Assembly (NCBI GenBank): GCA_036336775.1
Contig: JAYZFM010000042.1
Span: 9,945 to 73,944, forward strand
Length of the DNA: 64,000 nt
Direction: 5' to 3'
Origin: Bdellovibrionota bacterium
GTDB lineage: Bacteria; Bdellovibrionota; Bacteriovoracia; Bacteriovoracales; Bacteriovoracaceae
Under the pieces are notes generated by a model, which saw only the letters and a list, made by a program, of their open reading frames with translations, ran no database searches and was not told the origin of the DNA. The number at the start of each line of letters is the position of its first letter. The first letter of the stretch is position 1. Position numbers and translations under genes: made by a program. This document shows, one piece after another, positions 54,760 to 61,442 of this stretch.

Positions 54760-56550
54760 ATGAAAAATACCAAACTGAACCTCTTAGTTTTACTTGCCGT
54801 TGCAAGTTCTCAGGCATACTCAACGGAAGCCTTAATTGAGGATGTTGTTGTTCCTGAAGAAGTGGTAGCGCCAGTTGAAATCGTAGAGCCTAGCTTTGAT
54901 AGAATCAATTTAGACGAGGCAGGGAAGTTTCAATTCATTAATAATAGAAATTTTATCAAACATAATATGGTAGAGTTTGAAGGTGTTGAGTACAACTTTT
55001 CGAACTTATCTAGTTTGGCCTATTCTCCTGTTGAGGATCTCTATTACGGAGTCATCGACAGAACGGATCATCAAGATGAAACATCTGCGCAAATTTTTAA
55101 ATTTAAAATAAATACGAAAGTAGAAGGTTATAAAAAATCTTATGATGTGGAAATCAAGGCAGCGATGAGCCTTAAGGATGCTCAAGGACAAGAGCTAGGT
55201 TTTCTTGATGTGGAAGCAGTTGAGATAGACAAAAACGGAGACATTCTAATTGTTGCCGAGTCTACTTCTAATCCGACGATTGGTTATACAGATTCAAGTA
55301 AAATTATCCGCTTTGATAAAGAGGCTAAGATTATCTCTGTTGAATCAATTGCCGAGAGTATTGAGAATAAAACTCTCATTCATAACCCTAATAATATTCC
55401 TGAGCCAGGAGATTTAGAGCTACTAGATCTACCTCGTAGACCTAGAAAACCAGCATATCCTAGGTATCACTCTAAGGTTCCTCAAGCGAGCACTCCTGAA
55501 TACAATGAGCCTGAGTTTCAAACTCCAGCTAACTTAGTCAAAGTGCCTAAAGAAGAGTATGAGATTGATGCTGGCGATTGGATCGCCCAGAAAGTATATA
55601 ATATCTTTATTGGCTGGTGGAAAGGCTGGGTAGATTATAGAACTTTAACCAATCATGGCGATATTGAACGCGCGAAAAAAATAAACGCAGATATTATGGC
55701 CCAAGCGAAAATTGACCATGCTGCAGACATTAGAAATGCCAAGGTTGCACATCAAAACGAAGTTGCCACTTGGAAAGTTGAGCGTGAGAAATATCTTGCT
55801 TGGGAAGAAGAAAATATTAAGCCGATCGATATAAAGCATGATCAAGATATGCAGGCCTATAATAAAGAATTCAATACTATTTCGGCAAAAAATAGTTTGA
55901 TTGAAAACGCCTGGCGTGAAGCAAATAGAAAGTGGAATGCTCTTGAAAGAAGACATTATGGGCAAGACGACGCAAATCTTGGAGTTGAATCCTTAGCGAT
56001 CGAACCAGAAACAGAAAGAGTTATCACAGTTACAGAAGGTGCCCTCTCTCAAGATAATGAAGAATTTCTTCGTGTGATAGTGCATGAAGCTGGAAATACC
56101 ACTCAGTACGCTTATGAACTTTCTCATGAGAAATCAGTTGTTTCTGATATCCATGCCCTAGGTAATGGTAAAGTATTAGTGTTAGAAAAGCGTTTTGATT
56201 CAAGAGCGAGAAAGGTTTTTGCTGATCTTTTTATGATTGATATTAACCATTCAGTAGCTCTACGAGATGATAATACTTGGAAAGGTGATTATTCTGAGAT
56301 CGCGGTTAAAAAAGTTAAACTTTTAAATTTAAATTCAGTAGATGAACACCTTACTTATTCAAAAAGTGAGAAGAACTCGACTAGGGGAGCGACCCAGATT
56401 GATAACCTAGAAGGTTTAACTATTGGACCGGTTCTAGAAGATGGAAAAAGACTTATGGTGATTGCAAGTGATGCCAATAGACAGTTGCGTACGAATCAAA
56501 TCACACAGTTTCTTTTCTTTGCTGTCGATGCGAGTGTTTTCGAGGAATAA
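54760..56550 (+). CDS. secreted phytase-like esterase (PF13449-like) propeller protein with a large insertion
   Basis: Signal peptide. LSSLAYSPVEDLYYGVIDR near the N-terminus and IDNLEGLTIGPVLEDGKRLMVIASDANRQ near the C-terminus. A Pro-rich plus coiled-coil insert lies between them. It is a paralogue of 61442..63958. Confidence 0.5.
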   Translation: MKNTKLNLLVLLAVASSQAYSTEALIEDVVVPEEVVAPVEIVEPSFDRINLDEAGKFQFINNRNFIKHNMVEFEGVEYNFSNLSSLAYSPVEDLYYGVIDRTDHQDETSAQIFKFKINTKVEGYKKSYDVEIKAAMSLKDAQGQELGFLDVEAVEIDKNGDILIVAESTSNPTIGYTDSSKIIRFDKEAKIISVESIAESIENKTLIHNPNNIPEPGDLELLDLPRRPRKPAYPRYHSKVPQASTPEYNEPEFQTPANLVKVPKEEYEIDAGDWIAQKVYNIFIGWWKGWVDYRTLTNHGDIERAKKINADIMAQAKIDHAADIRNAKVAHQNEVATWKVEREKYLAWEEENIKPIDIKHDQDMQAYNKEFNTISAKNSLIENAWREANRKWNALERRHYGQDDANLGVESLAIEPETERVITVTEGALSQDNEEFLRVIVHEAGNTTQYAYELSHEKSVVSDIHALGNGKVLVLEKRFDSRARKVFADLFMIDINHSVALRDDNTWKGDYSEIAVKKVKLLNLNSVDEHLTYSKSEKNSTRGATQIDNLEGLTIGPVLEDGKRLMVIASDANRQLRTNQITQFLFFAVDASVFEE

Positions 56551-56554
56551 GAGT

Positions 56555-57238
56555 ATGAAGAGAATTTCCTTAGTTGGTTTGCTACTTGTTATGAGTTCAA
56601 TGAGTCATGCGGGGGCACCCAAAATAATGACAGAGGGCATTTCTTCTGAAGAAATAAAATTATCAAAAGCTAGTAAGCTTGCTCCAAGAGGGAGCGCAAC
56701 TATAACGGATTCTGGAAAGCTTAAAAACCAAAATATCAAAGCGATTATTCATGCTGCTACTGGTAGCATGAATCGCTCTGGTAAAAGTTTCGATCCTTCG
56801 TTAGAAAGTGTAGAGCTTTCGGTAAAGAACTCAGTCAAACTCGCTCAAAAAAATAGCTTCACTTCAATTGCAGTGCCTTTTTTAGGAAGCGGAATTTTTA
56901 TTTCCCGTATCGGGACAACAAAAAAGAAATTAGCTGCAACTATTATTCAGGCCATGAGTGATGCGGCAAATGACATCAAGCCGGTATTTGTCGCCTATGG
57001 TGATTCAGACTATGAACTGGTAAAAGCTGTTAAGGCAAGATTAAACACTTCGAAGGTATCAATTGTTAAAGGCTCTATCACGGATTATAGCGTACATAAT
57101 GCGGCGGTGATTGTGAATGCCGCGAATACTGAATTGGTATTTGGTGGTGGCCTTTCAGGTGTTATCGCTCGGGCCACCGGTGCTTCTGATGAAATTGATA
57201 AGGAGAACAAAGCTATTTTACAAAGCTTTGCTCCCTAA
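56555..57238 (+). CDS. secreted macrodomain protein with circularly permuted motif order
   Basis: From ORF 56462..57238, with the start moved to ATG 56555 (MKRISLVGLLLVMSSMSHA). Macro motifs appear in the order IKAIIHAATG, SIAVPFLGSGIF, then the C-terminal IVKGSITDYSVHNAAVIVNAANTELVFGGGLSGVIARATG. Confidence 0.75.
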   Translation: MKRISLVGLLLVMSSMSHAGAPKIMTEGISSEEIKLSKASKLAPRGSATITDSGKLKNQNIKAIIHAATGSMNRSGKSFDPSLESVELSVKNSVKLAQKNSFTSIAVPFLGSGIFISRIGTTKKKLAATIIQAMSDAANDIKPVFVAYGDSDYELVKAVKARLNTSKVSIVKGSITDYSVHNAAVIVNAANTELVFGGGLSGVIARATGASDEIDKENKAILQSFAP

Positions 57239-57242
57239 GTTT

Positions 57243-59495
57243 TTATAGTTTACAGCCTGCAGCTTTCTCGTTTGAAACAATTTTATCGATTAGCGCCTTT
57301 TGAGCAGGAGCTACAATCTTTTTAAGGTCTCTATCAAATTTGTCTAACACAACTGCAACCCCACAAAGATCTGACTGAGTTCTATTTCGTCCTGCATTTT
57401 GGATATGGCGGTTATAAACAAAGTTTCTCCAGTCATTCTTTTCTTGATTTGCAATTTGAAACTCATTTGTCTGCATGTACTGGTCGAAATCATTAGAAGT
57501 CAGGCTATCAAGTACGATTTGTAATAGAACTTTTGCACCATTATTTCTTTGTTTAACGGCTTTAAATATAAGTGCGTGGATAAAAGAACCATCAATTGCT
57601 GTCTCGACCATCTCTTCTAATTGAGCGTCAAAGTTTGCATCTCCACTACCATAATGATCAACATACTTATCAGTAGGGTGAACATCATACATAAGTCCGT
57701 CTAGTTCACTAAAAAATGAGGCATTTTGTAAAAGAGCGTAACCGTAAGATTTAAGTAATGTTTTATCCATATTAAAATATAGGTATAAGAAAGTCGCTTC
57801 AGCCTCTTGTTTTGCTGCCAATCTTCCCGCATCGTCATTTGCTGACTCATGCATTTTGAAGTAGTACTCAAAAAATGCTGATAGAGTTAGTCTAAAAGTG
57901 TTAGTGCTTGGATTAAGCGCATGATTTCTTTCTTCGATTGAACGATTGAAAAGTAGGCTAAAATAATGCTCAGTTGTAATCATTGAAGGAAGTTTAGTTT
58001 TTCCAGCAGTAAAATCACCTAGCATCTGATAGGTTGGAACTTTATTCATTGGAAGCTCTAGCGCTTTGATAAGCCCTGCGTACTTTGGAAAATCTGCTAC
58101 AGGGATAGCTGCTTTTATATGATCTACTACTTGCCCCACGGCCATTGGATCTAGTCCCTGAAAGTGAGATTTTGCTCGGTTGTGAAGAACTCTAACTGTT
58201 GCTGGAGTAATAGCTAATAATTGATTGTTGAGCTTTGGATCATATAAAGACATGACAAACGCTGGGGAGTTAATCAAGTAGTTCTCGATCGTCTCATCGA
58301 TATAAGGTGCAATAATTAAAGATTCGTGTTGTGCTTGAACGTATTTATTAAAGACTTTTAGCATTTCCAGTTTATTTTGATTAGAAAGCTTAGAGTAAGT
58401 CAGCATGTCCGGGAGATTTGAAAATAGGGTCGAGATAATCGTCGCATTTTTAAAATCGTATGAGTTTAGCGAGCTAAAAATATTCTGAGACTTAAAGATT
58501 GCGATCCAAGCTTTAGAGATGTCTTTCGCTGAAAGTGTTCCATTTGAATATTTATCAAGAGCGATAAGAGAACTAATAACGTTGGTTTTTTCAAGTTTTT
58601 TGTCTTTAAGATTCTCTAGAGCTTGGTCTGCAAAGATAGCTTCCATCTTTGGATCACCAGAAACAACCGTATCGTAATCATTGAATTCTAATTGATTATC
58701 TTTAAGCGCTCTTAGAAGCTGCTCTTTATAAAGTTTAGTTCTAAATTTATCAGTTAAATCTGCGCCGTTATATTTTACCATTCTTGCGAGGACACTCATT
58801 GGTGGTATCTTTGCCACTTCAGTTGGGTCTTTTAAGATATCCATTAAGTTCATTCTAGCCTTATGATTGATAAAGACTAGCTCTCCTAAACGTTTTCTTT
58901 CTGCAAAGATCGCTGTGAGCGTATTGTCTGCATGAGTTTGGAACGCTTGATCTGAAATTGATTTATTTAAATTGAGATCGGATTCTAATTGTTGAGAGTT
59001 GGCACTCCATTGAGCGATCGCCTGTGGGTCTCTGATAACATACCACGCGTAATTTCCAACACCACCTCCGCTATAGAATTTAATATCCCAAGGTCTAGCA
59101 TCACATTGAGCCTGAGTCGGGTAGTAGCTACCATCATGACCGCAATACTTTTGGCCAGTGGTATCGTCTAAAAGGACAATATCATCAACTAAGTCAATTC
59201 TAAGAACTCTATCACCATAATTATAACTTCCTGTCGGAGACTTTGCACAGTAGAGACCTGGTCCGGCCATTGCTCCTTTAGAAGTACCTGGAGTGGTATA
59301 GAAAGTGATGTCGCCATTATTTTGCTGAGCGTACTGATATTTATGAGTAAGATACCCCGGTCCCTTTTCATCAAGCCAATGATAACAATGGCTAATAGGG
59401 ATATGTGGAGAGTTTTTGGTGTTTTGATCGGCAGCTAAAGCTCTGTAAGCAAATAGGGCGAGTAAACCTATTATGATCCCATTTGAGTATTTCAT
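57243..59495 (-). CDS. large secreted hypothetical protein
   Basis: Signal peptide MKYSNGIIIGLLALFAYRALA. The N-terminal domain of about 130 aa carries CYHWLDE, GPGLYCAKSPTGSYNYGDRVLRIDL and AIAQWS. Confidence 0.6.
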   Translation of the reverse strand: MKYSNGIIIGLLALFAYRALAADQNTKNSPHIPISHCYHWLDEKGPGYLTHKYQYAQQNNGDITFYTTPGTSKGAMAGPGLYCAKSPTGSYNYGDRVLRIDLVDDIVLLDDTTGQKYCGHDGSYYPTQAQCDARPWDIKFYSGGGVGNYAWYVIRDPQAIAQWSANSQQLESDLNLNKSISDQAFQTHADNTLTAIFAERKRLGELVFINHKARMNLMDILKDPTEVAKIPPMSVLARMVKYNGADLTDKFRTKLYKEQLLRALKDNQLEFNDYDTVVSGDPKMEAIFADQALENLKDKKLEKTNVISSLIALDKYSNGTLSAKDISKAWIAIFKSQNIFSSLNSYDFKNATIISTLFSNLPDMLTYSKLSNQNKLEMLKVFNKYVQAQHESLIIAPYIDETIENYLINSPAFVMSLYDPKLNNQLLAITPATVRVLHNRAKSHFQGLDPMAVGQVVDHIKAAIPVADFPKYAGLIKALELPMNKVPTYQMLGDFTAGKTKLPSMITTEHYFSLLFNRSIEERNHALNPSTNTFRLTLSAFFEYYFKMHESANDDAGRLAAKQEAEATFLYLYFNMDKTLLKSYGYALLQNASFFSELDGLMYDVHPTDKYVDHYGSGDANFDAQLEEMVETAIDGSFIHALIFKAVKQRNNGAKVLLQIVLDSLTSNDFDQYMQTNEFQIANQEKNDWRNFVYNRHIQNAGRNRTQSDLCGVAVVLDKFDRDLKKIVAPAQKALIDKIVSNEKAAGCKL

Positions 59496-59504
59496 CTGTT
59501 CCCC

Positions 59505-61442
59505 TTAATCATCATAACCATAGCGATATCCCATTAGATAGGAAGTATCACTATGAACGCGAATGATGATGTTCTTTACATTATTTATGTTGTTGTATGT
59601 TGTAATTACGCCTTGAGGTGAAACATTTTCACGATTAATAAGCTGAATTTGCTTACCAGAATTTGTTTCAACAAAAATAGAAATCTTTGATCCCCCAAGA
59701 GATCCAATTCCACCGTCACGGTTTCTAACGCCATCTGGTTTGGTATCGCCAATGGCAAGGTCAATCGCACGTACGTTTCTTCCATGAGTTGGAATGACTA
59801 GCTTGTGAGCACCTCTCCCTCTTTGTGAAAGTACAAATGCGCCCGGAAATTTTCCACCATAACGGCTTCCTCCACCGCCATACACGCGACCTTGCATGGT
59901 GATTGGGTCCCCAAGAGATGTACGGTTATAAGTGTAGCTATGCTCCTCATAATGATCAGCAAGAGGTGGAACTAATTTTATTTGCACACCCGCTATATAA
60001 ACTGGGTCATCACCAAGAACTTCTAGTTTAATTAGATTTCCCTTTAGCAGAGAAGACTCTTTTTTATCTGTTGCGATTGAGTGGTGTCCCTTGAGTGGCC
60101 ATTCATAAAGGTTATCAAACTCAGGAGATTTTTTGATTTCAGCAAATTTGGACCTTTTATCACTGCTGACATGTCCACCCCAGCCGCGCCAAGCATTGTT
60201 ATAGCTGTGATTTACTGAATGCACTTGCACTGAAGTGTATGCAGGCCAGTCATCATAGGTTTTAACACCTGTTGCTGGGTTGTAGCTCATACTCCCTCTC
60301 TGATCACGAGGATTTTGTCTATGGGCAAGAATAATACTTGAGATGGCCTTAGAGTCTACATGATCTGGCAGTACTAGATATACTGTTTGATTTGGGAGAA
60401 GTCTTAATTCTTTTGAAAAATCAAATGCTACTTCTAATTCCGCATTAAGAGTAGGTTGATAATAAACTTCTTGGATATCTTGGACTAAGTACTTATGGTC
60501 TTTTTTTATAATTTCATTTACAGCATCAAATTTAGGATCAGTATTTAAAAGATGTGAGGCGATGGCGGTTTGGCGAACTGGTACTAAAGGAATATAGCTA
60601 TCTGTGGCAGCACTATCGTATAGCTTAATTTCATTAAATAAATCTGTGATATCAGACTTCGTTTTGATTGGGAAGTTTGCCGCAATTTTCGCCATATCTA
60701 TATTATCAGCTTTTTTAGACAGAATTCCTGCGAGGGATAATTGGTTAATAGAAATGGAAGCTTGGGTCGCGCAATCAAAAAATTGCATATCTTGATTGCA
60801 AACGGCACCAAGTTTATGTTTCAACGCAATAATCGATTTTCCTACGGCATGCAGGGAGTATTTCTTTTCATTGTGAAATAAACTGCCTATCGCACTTGCC
60901 GGTAGGAGTCCGTAGTATTTAATCTCTCCACTTTTTAATTGATAGGCATCAGGATTAGGGTTCATGAAGGCCACAATTTCATCATGACTATTAAGGCTGG
61001 TATCTGCTGAAAAAATTTCATCACGATCAGCTTTAGTCTCAAGAAAATCTTCAAGGTTATTTTGACTATGAAGTTCTTTTAAAAAGTCTTGGTAAAATGC
61101 AATTGCCTGAGCTTTGGCATCAACAGTATCCGGAATGTCTTTTATGCTTTTGATATTGTCGTAAATTCCCCTGTCTTTTAAAACACTTCTATACTCAGAG
61201 TAGAGGTTGGAATCAGTATTATCATCTTTTATTTTATCAACCATTGCAGCTGCAAACTTGGACTCAATATAGATTTCTCTTTGATTTAACACTGCATCTA
61301 CAAAAGCATTAACGGGATCAGCGTACTGAGAGATCTCTACGAAATGAGGTGTTCCTACAGAGGGAGCACCTAGTATTTGACCAGGCGCTTGTCCTGCAAG
61401 CGCGCTAGTTGAAAGTAAAAGGCCAAGAATTGCGGATTTCAT
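59505..61442 (-). CDS. large secreted hypothetical protein
   Basis: Signal peptide MKSAILGLLLSTSALAG. The C-terminal part is Gly-rich. It lies 9 nt upstream of the next gene. Confidence 0.6.
   Translation of the reverse strand: MKSAILGLLLSTSALAGQAPGQILGAPSVGTPHFVEISQYADPVNAFVDAVLNQREIYIESKFAAAMVDKIKDDNTDSNLYSEYRSVLKDRGIYDNIKSIKDIPDTVDAKAQAIAFYQDFLKELHSQNNLEDFLETKADRDEIFSADTSLNSHDEIVAFMNPNPDAYQLKSGEIKYYGLLPASAIGSLFHNEKKYSLHAVGKSIIALKHKLGAVCNQDMQFFDCATQASISINQLSLAGILSKKADNIDMAKIAANFPIKTKSDITDLFNEIKLYDSAATDSYIPLVPVRQTAIASHLLNTDPKFDAVNEIIKKDHKYLVQDIQEVYYQPTLNAELEVAFDFSKELRLLPNQTVYLVLPDHVDSKAISSIILAHRQNPRDQRGSMSYNPATGVKTYDDWPAYTSVQVHSVNHSYNNAWRGWGGHVSSDKRSKFAEIKKSPEFDNLYEWPLKGHHSIATDKKESSLLKGNLIKLEVLGDDPVYIAGVQIKLVPPLADHYEEHSYTYNRTSLGDPITMQGRVYGGGGSRYGGKFPGAFVLSQRGRGAHKLVIPTHGRNVRAIDLAIGDTKPDGVRNRDGGIGSLGGSKISIFVETNSGKQIQLINRENVSPQGVITTYNNINNVKNIIIRVHSDTSYLMGYRYGYDD

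Noticed and set aside
56462-56554. A longer form of the macrodomain ORF starting at 56462.
   Set aside because: The extension overlaps the 3' end of 54760..56550 in another frame. It would also bury the obvious signal peptide that begins at the ATG at 56555.
56555-59495. A DarT/DarG-like toxin-antitoxin reading of the macrodomain plus its neighbour.
   Set aside because: Both proteins carry signal peptides, the genes are convergent rather than co-operonic, and no DarT-type motif set was recognised.
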